Assembly: GCA_002104905.1 (NCBI GenBank)
Contig: MCFE01000683.1
Location: 1 to 46,103, forward strand
DNA from: Basidiobolus meristosporus CBS 931.73
Lineage: Eukaryota > Fungi > Basidiobolomycota
Direction: 5' to 3'
Length of the DNA: 46,103 nt
This document shows positions 1 through 12,886 of the stretch, piece after piece. A program made the translations under genes and the position numbers. The notes beneath the pieces were generated by a model. It was not told the origin of the DNA. It made no database searches and saw nothing but the letters and a program-made list of their open reading frames with translations. Numbering within the stretch: position 1 is the stretch's first letter; every line of letters starts with the position of its first letter.

Positions 1-2343
1 AGTTACAGGTACTACCATATCCCAATCTCATCAAGAATATTACCTTCAGGTCTGTCATGGATGCATGTTGTACATCAACATTTAAAACTAAGCCTATTTT
101 ACTCCGTTAGAAAATCTGGTACCCTAACTGATTTTCCCTAACTCAAACATAGCTAATCCCAGTTATGGTATATTTTATCACTTCTCAGAATCTACTTTCA
201 GCTGTCACACCTGATTAACTTTCATGTGGACATTACATCCTCAACTGATCTGCAAAGCCTTTCCAAGTGATTAGTCATCTGTGATCTATCCAACCACTTA
301 GCAGTTGCCAGGACATCCACTGCTTAATGATGTAATTTCTCATTTATCTTATGCACCTATGAACACCCCAGCAGATTTCAATTAGTCCAGTCCCTTGGCG
401 CTTACTAATTCAACTTGATCAGAAAAATATAAATAAAGTTTACTGAACCTTTTGGTTTAGTGTGTGTCTCAACAACACTAAGATTGTGCCTCAGCAAAAT
501 TATGAATTCAACATATCCATTCTAGTTTCTACCCAAGCCTAGCATATCTAGCACTCCCAAGAACACCAAGCCTAGCCTGCATAGCAAACCATCTCTGCTG
601 CCTTTATAGCCCAACTCAGCTATGTACAAGACCAATATTAGACCAGAACTTCTCTGCTAATATTTCTGTCACTCTTGACAGTTCTAAGATTCTGCATTTA
701 GTTGTTACTTAGGTTCAGTTAACTCATTTGAGAGTTTATTGCACTTTTCACTTGGATACAATAATGTGATGAGTTATCATATGGAGGACAGCCAGGAAGA
801 GTTAGAAAGTAGTGAGGACAGATGTGCACATGGAGACACCTATGCCTATGGTATTAAGAAGTTAAGCAGCCCTAATGCATGAGTAATCAGTTAAGTAATG
901 CAAAGTTGGGTTGGGAGCAACTAGCAACTAATTTTTATTAGGAAAACTCTTCCAATGTATGCTGGATTTCTCTCAGTCACCAGCCAATTTCAACACCATT
1001 CAGTACAGAATTCATACAAACAAGAGCCAGGGTGCACCTATAAGGGGGACTAGAATCCAGCTGGGAGAAGGAATATACTGGCTAAATACCAAAATATTCT
1101 TTGCAGATATTCTGGAGGTATACATGGCAGAAGTGGTGGCAATCAAGCATATGTTTGCAAGATGTATATGTTAGCAGCAGTACAAGGTATATGGCAACTT
1201 TGCAAGTAATACACTAAAAAGCTGTAAAGTTAATGCGATACATGTATCTCAATTGCTGAAGGTGTGTGTGCTTGTAGAGGTTAGTAAGCAGGAGGTCATA
1301 GTATTTTTTGATTTAGAGTATATGTGGAATACTCAAGGCAGTAGTAGGTAAGAAAGTAAGGAGGGGTGATTCTACAGTGGAATATACAAATTGCACAAGG
1401 GGAGGTAGAAAAAGAAAATACCATCTGGTAAATTGGTACAGTAGCATTATACAGAACTAGCTGTAGGCTGCCATACTGCTGTGATAATGCCATAAGAGGC
1501 TTGCAATGAGGCCATCAAAACACTGTCAAGTTTTTGCCATATAAGGCAACTGGACTTACTGTCTGATGAGATCCAATCACATAGTTATATAGCGCACTGA
1601 GACCACAACAATGCCATGTCATCCTTGGCAAAATGCTGTACAAACACTGTTTTGTTTTTAACTTTGTTTGGCTTTAAAATTAGCCAAACACTGTTGGGAT
1701 CCCATCATAAGAATGTGTAGATGTTCAATAAATCCAAGCTGCTGATATTATTGTGGTCTCCTGACAGGATCTTGACAGCTGATCTTGATTGGATCCACCC
1801 ACAGGACCAAGTTATTTTTCATAGGGATAAGAATCAATCAATTACAGGCAATCCATGATTGTTTGAGACCATAATGATATATTCAAGCTTGTAGACCAAA
1901 AGGGGATATCTTGGTCAGTAAACCCATCAGGTAGGTCTGTATACTTGTCCTCACTTTGTTCCCACTCAAGAATGTAGCTTTTACATCCACTTGAGGAGTA
2001 ATGAAGTGCTATATGGCAATATTAGCCAGTATTAGCTGGATGGGATTAAACTTTGCTACTGGTGCAAAGGCTTCAGTGAAGTCCAGACCTTGGTTTGATA
2101 GTATCCTTTGGCTGCAGGTCTTACTTTGTATCTTTCAACTGTATCATCAGCCTTATGTCTAGTCCTAAAGACCCATCTGAATACAACTGACTTTTGATTG
2201 AATGATAATTTTCCAAGTCCAGTTTACCTTCAAGGCCTATTACTCCCCAGTCATTACAGATCTCCAGAGCTTTGTCTGTGGGACATTTAGGGCCTCCTTT
2301 ACTCTCTGGGGCTCATCAATATGGACTGAATAAGCCAGGTATG

Positions 2344-2689
2344 GGTTAAAAATTTGTATTACACCTAGGTTTTCACCTGATTTAGTCACTAAGACTATTA
2401 CCTAGAGATCCTAGATAACACTTACAAGATTCCTTGTTGGGATTCACTTAGAACATTCTCATCAAAATGTCAGATATGCAGAACATGAGAGTTCTCAAAG
2501 TTATCTAAACAACCCCAAACTTTGCACACATGTTCTTGGAACCTTTCTAAGCATATTCAATGTGTTTACCTTGCCAAGACTTTGTAAAGGTACAAATACT
2601 ATTTTTACCTTGAATAAGTCATGAAGTGGGGACCCAATAATCTGCTTGCTTTCCTGTTAAATGCCAATTTCTCCAAAACTTATACAACA
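2344..2689 (+). mobile_element. Degenerate solo LTR inserted in the IN/RT linker of the old element
   Basis: Colinear with the 349-bp family LTR; ends ...tatacaaca; GTATG direct repeat at 2339-2343 and 2690-2694 (putative TSD). Confidence 0.7.
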
Positions 2690-4469
2690 GTATGTACCAG
2701 CACTGATTTAGTAATTAGGGTAATTTGTAATCCAGTTGAATAATATGTTCTGTGGAACAGGAATGGCCACTTCTTGGATAAACCTGTGCACTTGTTGAGG
2801 CTGAACCATGGTCTTAGAGCCCTCTGGAGTGAAAAAGTCTTCATTGTTTGGCTGTAATTCAGCCCTGATTATTAGTAGACTGGACATTAGACTTGCGTCA
2901 TTGTCTGACACACTTATTGGTAAAATCTTGAGTTTACATCAAACTGCACACACTTGGACCTGATCAGCTTCTTTGCTTTGGTAATTTAGAGCTTATTTGT
3001 ATTATGCATATAGCAGCAGCCTAGAGTATGCATCTTACGCTTTTTAGCTCATGTTTTAATGGAACTCCAGGAAGTTTCTGGGCATATGCTGTACACCCGT
3101 ATATTCTTGGTGTACAGCATTTGATGTATATCCACACCATACTTCAGATGGAGTAGAATCATGAAGTAGTTGGCTACAACACCTATTGTCAAGACATACA
3201 GTAGCAGCAATTGGTACTGCCCAAAAATTATAAGAAATATTTGATCATGGAATGTAGATCTAGCCATATGATGTATTCATCTGTTTGCTTGTTCTGACAC
3301 TCTGTACTGATGTAGAAGGTATGGTGCAGTGGTCACCTGCTTCATGCATCTGTATTGAAAAGTGGATGAAGAGTCTAAAGGTATATTATCCACCATTTTC
3401 AGATCACACTGTCTTGATTTTCTCACTAGTTGCTCTAGCCTCCATGGTTTGGAACTCTCCAAGCTTAGACAGAGCTTTTGCTTTTCTTCTCATTGAGTGA
3501 GCCCATGTGTATCTTGCATAATCACCATTGAATATGATTAAATACTTTTCTCCACCATCAGATAAAACTTGTGCAGCACTTCTATGCTTGGGTAGTTTAT
3601 ATTTAATATCTGATGAGCTTCAATCAAACCGGTTTTGTTGAACAGCTCTCTAGCTGGTCTCTGGTAGATGTAGGCTTCACAGGGGCTTAAATTAGCCAGG
3701 TAATCAGATCTTACTCCTGAAATTAGCTGATATTCAATCATTATGCTCAAATAATGAAAATTGATGTAACCAAATTTTCTGTGTTAACAACTTGGTGTTT
3801 GTTCATTCATAGGATTTTACTAGCTTCCAGATATGATACATTATAAGTCTGCTTGTGTAGACTCTGATCTCCAATATCCAAGGCATTTTGAATGCCATTT
3901 TGATTGGTGAATCTGCACTCAGAATTATCAAAACTAACACTGAGTCCTTTTGGTGTGTCCTTGATTACTGATAACAAATATTTAGCTACTTCTGGTATAT
4001 AAAGTACTTCTTGAGGGTTGGTGTATTGCCTCTTCCACTACCTCTGATCTTTATTTCAGTAATTTCATATCCAATTGAATAAAGTGCTCTGTTGTCTCCT
4101 ATGAAAACCTTCCTAACTGCATTTATTGATATGGAGTAAAAAATTCTTTTTGGTGCTCAAAGAGTTCAGTTGCTGCAAAGTCTATATATTACTCCTGAGA
4201 GTCTTTATTTGCTGTCACACTGAGTTCAGATATGAATATTTTATCCTCCATAACTGCAGCACTTCCATATTCACACTTTTTCTGCCAGTTTTCTCACTTT
4301 TCAAGACACTGGTCTGATATATATTATATCCCATCACAGTAGCTGAAAAATCATTGCAGTTCCCTGTAAAAGGTCTTGAGTGCCTCCTTCAGTGGTTGGC
4401 CTTGCTTGTAAAAGCTTTTCCTTATTCCTTCCTACTGGCACTTAATCCTTCATTTAGATGCCTGCCATA

Positions 4470-4816
4470 TTCTGTAAGAGTTTTGAAGATATTGGAAGGG
4501 ATTGGAAAAATATGTAGATTATATGGCTTAAACCTATTAAATTATACAATGTGAAAGTGGTATTTAGAGTTTTACATGGTCTTGGCAAACAAACATGTGA
4601 CATATGCTTAGGAAGGCTCTGAGAGCATGTGTGTAAGGTTTGGGCTTATTTGGACAACTTTGAAATATTTCATGTTTTGAGTACCAGATGTTGTGGTGAA
4701 TCTATGCCAAATAAGTCCGAGTCAAGAACTTAGTCAGAGCTCTATAAGACTTGTAGACTGTAGTTTTGGTGACTAAGTTAGGTGAATATCTAGGTGTAGC
4801 TACAAAGCTTACAATC
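4470..4816 (-). mobile_element. Degenerate solo LTR inserted in gag of the old element
   Basis: 347 bp, colinear with the family LTR; CCATA TSD at 4465-4469 and 4817-4821; the flanks rejoin into contiguous gag sequence. Confidence 0.8.
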
Positions 4817-5375
4817 CCATATACATAACTCAAGGTAAAGTCTTCAGTTCTGGACTCTGAGACTAGCATAAGGCCCTATGAATTCTCTGTCAGGCTAATT
4901 TGATTGGTACCAATTGCATCTTCATCAGTTGCTTGTAACTCTGCTGATTCAGTCTCCTTGAATAATAGAGTAACTCTGTTGATCAGATTTTTCATATCTT
5001 TGTCATATACAATTTTTGTTTAAGTTACATCTCCTTATCAGCTGAACAGAACTGATAGGCATCTTCTAATGCCTTCTAGGCATTCTTTGCTGTTTTGCTC
5101 TTGAGAATGGAACTGTAACTAGACTTAAATATTGAGGTAAATGCAGGTAAAGGCACCTTGTACTTTCATCTGGCACTTGAAGGCTTCTGCTCCTACACCT
5201 TTAGGAGGCCATCCCTTTCCCACAACAATAACCCAAAGGCCCCTCATTTAGCAGCATCTTCATATTCACCATCCATACTTGGTATGTAGATCCCTCCCAC
5301 TACTCACCAGGGGGAGATGCTCCACTATTAGCAGTAGTTCACCTTCCAGAGAGTGCCAACTCAGAGCTCAAGGCC

Positions 5376-6077
5376 AGTGGTAAGAGTTTTGGAGATATTC
5401 TAAATGACTGGTGAAAACAGGCAGATGAGGTGATTTTCATTCAATGATTTATTCAATAAAACAGTGGTGTTTATAGTTGTACATGGCCTTTGCAAAGCAA
5501 GCATATGAAATATGCTTAGAAAGGTCACAAGAGCATGATTGTCAAGTTTGGGGCTGTTTGATAGGCATTAAGATTTCTAATATTCTGTGTACCTGATACT
5601 TTAGTTAAAATATTCCAAGAATATCTGAACAAGGATTTTGGCCAGAATTCTCCAATATTGGTAGACAATGATTTGTTGTAAAAGTTTGTAATTCCACCTA
5701 AATATTCACCTAACTTGGCCACTTAGATCATTACTTACAAATCTTAGCAAATACTGACCAAATTTCTTGTATGGATTTACTTGGAATATTTTCACCAAAA
5801 TAACAGGTACCCATAACATGAAAATTAGATAAGCTGTCCAAACAGCCCCAACCTTTGCATACATGCTCTTGGGACCTTTCTAAGCCTATTCTATGTGTTT
5901 TTTATGCCAGGATCATGTAAAAGTACAAATACTACTTTTACATTCAATAAGCATTGAGTGAAAACTACATAATCTAATTGTTCTCCCAATGATTTCCAAT
6001 ATCTCCAAGACTCCTACAACATGATTGAAGTGACTAAGTTAAGTGAACATTTAGGTGTAAATACAAAATCTACAACA
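5376..6077 (-). repeat. 5' LTR of the old element, split by a solo LTR
   Basis: Family LTR sequence from agtggtaagag (5376) to tacaaca (6077); degenerate PBS (gagctcaaggcc) immediately to the left. Confidence 0.75.
5674..6021 (+). mobile_element. Solo LTR (348 bp) inserted inside another LTR of the same family
   Basis: TGTTGTA...TACAACA termini; TGATT TSD at 5669-5673 and 6022-6026. Confidence 0.9.
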
Positions 6078-6939
6078 TGAATTATGTCAGAGTATAGATA
6101 CCACTTTTCCATTCCATAAATCATACATGAAAGCCACATGGTTGGAGTAGCCATTGAAATACACAATATGAAGTTATCACAGTGCATACTGCAGTAGTAG
6201 TTATATTCTATAAAAAAATCCCTGGGGTTGTGAATGAGTTGCAAAGAGCGCTCATCTAAAGTAATCTAGTGGTTGAATTTTCGTAAAGAGTTAGGTTTGT
6301 ATGGTACTCACTAATCTGTTATGAACAAATTTCCATGCTAATTTCCAATAGATGTCACTATTCAATATCCAGTGTAAACAGATGCATGCAAGTTACTGGA
6401 GTTTAGCCGATCCAAACTCAATTAGGTAGTGTAGTTGAGCTATGGATGTTAGGGTTCAATCCATATAGCAGTTTATCAACATGCGCTGTAATTCATCATC
6501 CTATTATTATTCATGATGATCAAATGTAGTTTGCAAACAACATCCGCCAACTTTTAATACATGTAGTCATACAGGTGACGGTCAAGAAATCACGTATCAT
6601 ACATGGTTGGAGTGAGGTATTCGAGAATTATTAGATCTTTCAATCGGAATAGTCCACACCGGCTGGTTCTGAGCATTCAGTATATAGTTTTACCTGTAAT
6701 TCAGCAGAGTAATGCCTTAACATAATTGACATTCAACAATGGTGTTCGTTTCCCGACATCAGACCCGCTATTAGCAATAAGATTCGTATATTGGATTTCA
6801 TTTGGATTGTCGAAAGTGGATTTGCACTCGGGACATGTATTTGCTCATGGATATAGGAAATGGAATCTAGTGAGATTTCGGATTTGTACAGGATAGCCAC
6901 AACTGGAGATAGGGAAAGTCTCTACACTACGTGTGTTGT

Positions 6940-8393
6940 CTAAGTGAAGGAAAATTGTGGGAAGCAACGGGTCTTCCATCTAGACGAGCCATTGTCGGGA
7001 CGTGGTGCGATGGCTGGAGTGTGAGCCTTCTCGTTGATTTCTTTTTCGCGGGATCCCTTGAGGTCAGTGACAAGGATTCCTCCTATCGTATTACGTACAC
7101 GAGTCCTCATACGGCGCAATTTACCACGTAGCTTGTCTGATGCTTGCTTAGACTGCATTAGGATGCTCTGATGGCGTTTGAGGGGTGAGTCGTTACTGGA
7201 GCTAGGTGCTACTTCAGTCGCTACGTCTGATTCTGAAGTCTGGATCGCGGTAGAAGATTCGTTCCCGAAACCGTTGGGGTCCGTCGACTTCGCTTGTTTG
7301 CTGTCGGCTACCTTCTCACTTGCCATGACAAGGGTGGAGCCGGTACTGACGGAGGTGCTTCTTATGAAGCCGGACGAGCTTCGAGATTTTTGGTTCTTGC
7401 TATGCAGGAGGAAGGAGGATATGATGGAGATCCTCGACTTGTTGTTACCCTTTGATTTTGCGCTCAGGTTTAAGATGCTGGAGCGCAGGCTCGAAAGGAG
7501 GGGCGAGCGGGGGGAAGGTTTGTGATCAGTCAAGCGGTTCAGATTCGAGACAAGTTTGTACTCTATGGGCGGCATGGCTCCTAAAGAGGTGCTCAGATTT
7601 CTCAGGGACAGTGGCATAGCGTTGGTGGCAACTAGGGCAAAGGTCAGGGTTAGCTGGTTCCTCTAGGGTCGGGGCTGATGCGAAAGTCTTACCAAATTTA
7701 ACAATGTTCTTGGGCACCCATCCTTTTGGATCCCCATCGGCAACAAACACCACGCGGCATTTGCTGTCATCTTCCGGCTCGGCAAAGACACACATCCCCA
7801 AGAAACTGACATCCATGCGAAGCACACCCTTCTTCACCGGGCATTTCTTGTGATCCATACTCTTCCCAACTAGAATATATTTCCCGTCCTCCAATTTTTT
7901 CATCGTTGAAAACAGAAGAACGTCCCTGGCCGATATGGGCCAGATTGGCTTGGTTCGGATATATTGGAATCGAGTGACCGGGTCTACCTCGTCGATGATC
8001 TCTGCGCAATCACAGAGATCGTCGTACTCCTTCCACCTTTCCACATCTAGCATATACTCGAATGCCAATTCCGGCTTGCAGTCGAGGCGAGCAATCACCT
8101 TGTAGCCGTAGCTGACTTTGGGGTCCTGGAAGATTTGAATGTAGGGCTCCTCGGTACGATGCAGCACCTTCTGGAACCGGTCACTCTCCATGGAGCTGTC
8201 TAGCGACTTGACAAACTGTGATAGCATCTTCTCGCATTCTTCCGAGTACTGATGGCTAGAACCTGAGAGCAATGCAATTGAGCGTCTACAACCCATGCAC
8301 TTGGAAGTGACGCTAACACTAACCTGCTTCGTGCTCCCGGTTTGAGGTTGGCGTCGCTGGAGAGCCAGTCAAGTTTTTGGTAGCGGCAGGCAT
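6940..8393 (-). CDS. START-domain lipid-transfer protein with long Ser-rich C-terminal tail; exons 8393-8324, 8262-7693, 7631-6940
   Basis: START fold motifs (FEYMLDVERWKEYD, YIRTKPIWPISARD, DPKGWVPKNIV). Two 61-nt GT-AG introns (8323-8263, 7692-7632) restore MPAATK... and ...IVKF-VATNAMPLSL. Confidence 0.8.
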
Positions 8394-9744
8394 GGCACGT
8401 AACGGATGAGCTATGTAAGGTGTCGGCGAGTTGTATGAGATCAGGGGCTGTAGCAGACGCGACTGTTCAGGTATGCGAGAAGAAGGGCCAGATAGAAGGT
8501 GTATTGGCTATCCAGGAGGGAAAGCACAGAGGATCAAGAGGATTGCTGGCAATGGCTAATGGGTACAAGTGTAGCAAGCGAGAGGCCCCGAAAACTCCAG
8601 TGATAGACAGGAACTATGTGGTGGGGATGGCGCCACGCATGCCTTATAAAGGCGAGGCAGAAACACCATGTCAAGCGACATTATATTGGCAACGCAATGA
8701 TGCACGAGGAGATTTCCCTCCGGAGCCCTATTCCAGGCGCGACGAGGGAACAATGGGATGATCGGTGGTGCAGCAGGGTTGCAATCCAATAATCTAGGTA
8801 ACATCAAGGGATGCCTGTGGCATGATCTTATTGCAATCATCCGAGTTGCTCTGGATTCATACCTAGGTCGGATTCGACACAATCTCTTGGGATAATGAAT
8901 TTGGAACATTATGAAGAAACGGCAGCTTATGGGGCTTGCATAAATCTTCCAGATAATAGCTTAGCCACAGCCCATTTACGGAGCCTAGGTTGACCACTTG
9001 TCATCTACGAACTCGAATCAGCCCGCGTGTAGGAGCCACTTGGCACGCGAAGCGAGCTAAAATCCGTCATGAATCATACATGAGAAGGCCGGTTTTAGCA
9101 GCAAACGGAGCTATTCAATGGTCAATCAGCATTCCAGAGTGCGTATTTTACAGAGGCACATCAGCCACAGTTACCAAAGTCTGCTCAAAATAATAACTTA
9201 ATCTCTTGCTAACCGGAGAAGAGTGCAAAAATACCATTTCTCGGCCAATTGTGGTTAATAATAGCTATTCTACGATCATCCTCAACACCGCTTACAAATC
9301 CCTATCGGCCAAGAAGGGTGACTTTGATTCCTGAATACCCAGTCAACTATGCTGGCTGTGCTAGTGACTGATTTGATGGGGGCCAATATCTATCATTGCT
9401 CTATCTCATGTTTGTTATTGGCAACTGGGATCATGGAGGTCAAGATAGTGGTTCTTCTAAAAATACTGCACATTCTTTCCGGTTGGTCGAGGAACGTTTG
9501 TTACTCTTTTATTTGGGATGGCCTCGTATTTTTACATATGGCTACTTGCAACTATTTCCTCCTTGTATATAAGGAAGTGCTCCTTCCGAACGAGCTTCCG
9601 TCTAGTAAATATTCCCCTTGCTTTTTAAATCCTCCTAATTTGTTTGTAATCACCTTCGATACATCAGGGGAATTCAGTATATAATATCCATTTGCCCGCG
9701 AGATCTTCCAATTCCAAACAGTGTAAGATATATTTAGGAGCACG

Positions 9745-12089
9745 ATGGACACTTCCAAACCGCTGGCAACAGATGCGCATAGCCCTCAGACCTCTAACAC
9801 CTCTTATTCAACAACGCTGCCACCCATCTTGTCAACCACTCGTCAACCCACCGCTTCCACACCACCTGTTCTTCCTTCCCCGTCCACACTCTCAATAGTA
9901 CCCCCAAACTTCCCAATTAATTCCTCCAATCCAACCTCCGAGCCCCAGTTTACTTCCACCTCACCCGGAAGTGACACTACAGCCACGTTTCAAGAGAAAT
10001 TCGGCGAGGACACCGGGCAAAAGAGCGAATCGGGTAGACACCACTCGGACACTGAGGGCTCAGAACCTGAAGGGGAATCCGCTCAACAAAAGCCTTCAGG
10101 TGTCAACCTGAGCATCTCCAACACAAACGAACTTCGCAGACTTGCATTAGAATCCAGAGAGAGCCTTGAAGCGTTGGCCGCGAAGACTCACGAGACAACG
10201 CCAGGGTCAGCGGATAAAGCGCGCTCCATTCTGATCAGCACTTGGTAACCAGGCCAGTTGATTTTGCTCAAGCTGTCTACTGAAATTGATTCGACCGCAA
10301 CTAGGCTAATTGATAACTACGAGTCAGCCGACGACCAGAGCGTCTCCAGGGAAGCCCTATATAATCATTACACTTCATTTTGCGAGAAGATAGGCGTCCA
10401 TCACGTCAACTCGGCAAGCTTTGGCAAAATCGTACGCTCCGTATTCTCTAATATTACGACTAGAAGACTCGGAACCAGAGGACAGTCCAAATATCTTTTT
10501 TGATACCCGATAGAAGCTCATATTTCGGCTTCCAATTGAATTGTTGAATAGCCATAACTCTCAGACTATACGTATCATTACTGGGGTATCCGAGCGAAAC
10601 CAACTTCGGACACTTTTTCCTCCGCAACTTCCCTATCAAGAAGGTTCGTACGTGAACGACGTTTCGCTGCGGTGTACATCGGCTAATTCTTTCCCATCAG
10701 AAACGACATCCAGGAATCCTCCACTACAGAGCCGAGCCCTGGTAGTGAGATGTGGCACACCATAGAATTCGACGCGCTAAGCGAGAAAGGGGTGTCCTCT
10801 GGTTTGCCGCCTGCTGCAATCACCAATTTTATGTCGCTGTATAGAGCTCATTGTCAAAAAGTGTACGATCTGGTGGGTCGGCAAAACTTCCTCAATGTTA
10901 GTAACCCGGGCTTCAGTGTTTCTTCAAGTTTGGATGGCTCACCTTGTAGACAATAGATCTCCACATTGGTCAAGCAATTCTGGCAGGAGTTGGCGCCTCA
11001 TTACAAAAGTATAGCTAACAGCCCCGAGGTTATTCAGCTCATCACCAGAGACGACACGTTGCTTTATGATGTTCGTTGGCTCATAGCTCTAGTGAGACCT
11101 CTGCTTGTCAACTAATCGAATCATCCAACAGAACATTTCTAGACTGTTATTTACCACCGTCCTAACTCCTCTCCCTCTGGCGACTATTCAATCTATCCAA
11201 GATTTTGCCAAGCAATACGAGGGTTGGATTGTCATTTCGCTATACGGTCATTCCCAGCAACTGTACTCGAAAAAGCTTGAAGGTGGGTTGGCATATGGGC
11301 AGTTCGATATCCCGGACTCCTTAAGTAACCCCTGCCATTGCTCTTTTAGTCGCTCGCACTTTCACTGGGGTCTTGACCAAGCTTTGTTCGTTGAACCACC
11401 TGAGCCAGTCGGCAGCATCCATTATACAGAGCAAAGACCAAACCACGCAAATGGTGGTTGACTGGGCCAAAGTGGACTTTGAATCTCTGCGCGAGCAAGC
11501 AGCAATCATATGCCAATGCGGCAAGACTGATCTAGTTCAAATCAGTAAGTTGATCAGGTATTATTTAGGAACCTTTGGCTAACCATTTTGCTTAGTGGAA
11601 ATCGACATCAAGCAGTTACTCCAGACCTCGGCTCAGCTTGACCAGTGGGCCAGCTGGGTCGAATCAATCTGCGATAAGTTCATAGGAGAGGTAGTCCATG
11701 GATCCCTCAAGTCGGCGTAGGTTTGGAGCAATTTGATAACGCTTATTCCTCTAGAATCTCAATCCAGAAGGGATCGCCAATGCCCAAGCCTTTGTACTAA
11801 AATGGTCGTACTTTGGCTCACTCGTCGTTCGTGATCTCTCTATTCGGAGCGCACAAAGCTTTGGTACGTCTCACTTCACCCCTGGAAAAATAGCTAACGT
11901 AGCACTGACATTCGTTTCTGTCCAGGTTCTTTCCAAATTCTAAAACTGTTTATCGACGATTATGTTTATCATTTGGCGCAGAAGCAAATTGCTCAAGCGA
12001 CAAGTGGGAACATACCTCCGCCTACTCAAACTCCTCTGTTACCACATCCTGCCCCACCTTCCTCCAACCTTCCCTCTAGAATATCATAG
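9745..12089 (+). CDS. RFX1: RFX-family winged-helix transcription factor with DNA-binding and dimerisation domains; multi-exon
   Basis: DBD W-LIDNYE...NSASFGKIVRSVF..ITTRRLGTRGQSKYHYWGIR after splicing; C-terminal RDLSIRSAQSFGSFQILKLFIDDY matches the RFX dimerisation region; stop TAG at 12087-12089. Confidence 0.9.
10491..10571 (+). other. AT-AC (U12-type, minor spliceosome) intron, 81 nt
   Basis: 5' end ATATCTTT, 3' end ...TATAC, branch-like GCCATAAC 13 nt upstream. Removal gives TCC AA|G TAT CAT TAC TGG = SKYHYW and stays in frame with downstream exons. Confidence 0.85.
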
Positions 12090-12886
12090 CCAGTTCATTA
12101 AGCAGTAGTAGGAATTCGTTCGAGTCAGCAATAAACTGATAGATAAACTCCCATATGATGGACCAGGCAGCTCGGGTTAATTGGGGAGAAGGACTCCAAC
12201 AGAACAGATAGGACCAGGGTTTGGGTCGTTGGGGAAACCCTATTTCTCAAGTGACCGTAGGTCCATATCTTGTAGGCTCAATTGTCAATAGATTCTGGAG
12301 ATAACGTTCATATGAAAACGGAGCGAATTTGGAACCACAATTCACTCCTGTTATAGATTGGGCACTTTTTGGTCTATCTAGGCTGGTAGCTAACGAGAAG
12401 CCATTAGGTATGTCAGGAACCTTGTTGATATCAATCCGAGAATGCCTACACTTCTTCTCTTGCTATTGTTTTAGGATAGGGTAAGAGGGATAGCTGCAGT
12501 GCTATGAACTACAAACGTGGAAGACACCCTCAGTTCCGGTTCATCCTTTCTGTCCATCGGTGAGCGATGGTAGAGAGGATATTTAACTTATGTATTCAAT
12601 GTATGCGGCAGTGCATCCATTGTTCGCGATTGGGATGTCTTACCGACTGAATAGGTTACTAATGTAGCTAAACAGTTTACAGGAATCTAGGTACATTTCG
12701 ACGCACCAATGGAGATTCATGCGTCGGGGATATCACTCATTAGTAAATCCACACTGGCAGAAAAAAAAAAGCGGCTCATGAATGGATTACTAAAGTAAAA
12801 TGGTCAAGAATGACGGTAAACTAGTTTAGCGCTTGAACTGGTATCTTCGCTGAAGTCCTTGTCTCCACCCCCACATATAGCTCAAA

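Larger units (their letters stand above)
1300..6077 (-). mobile_element. Old, heavily decayed Ty1/copia element (gag-PR-IN-RT-RH remnant plus 5' LTR) interrupted by three solo LTRs; 3' boundary uncertain
   Basis: Minus-strand translation near 2040-2190 gives QKSVVFRWVFRTRHKADDTVERYKVRPAAKGYYQTKGLDFTEAFAPVAKFN, matching the RT of the 39-43.7 kb element. Integrase-like QVLSDGGEKYLIIFNGDYARYTW near 3500-3580. Many stops and frameshifts. 5' LTR at 5376-6077. Confidence 0.85.

Noticed and set aside
1-1300. CpG-poor sequence left of the old copia remnant
   Set aside because: Probably a decayed TE, but no assignable domain or terminus was found, so it is not called.
6395-6470. Small hairpins with a GGTTCAATCC B-box-like motif (tRNA or SINE)
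   Set aside because: No cloverleaf or A box could be built.
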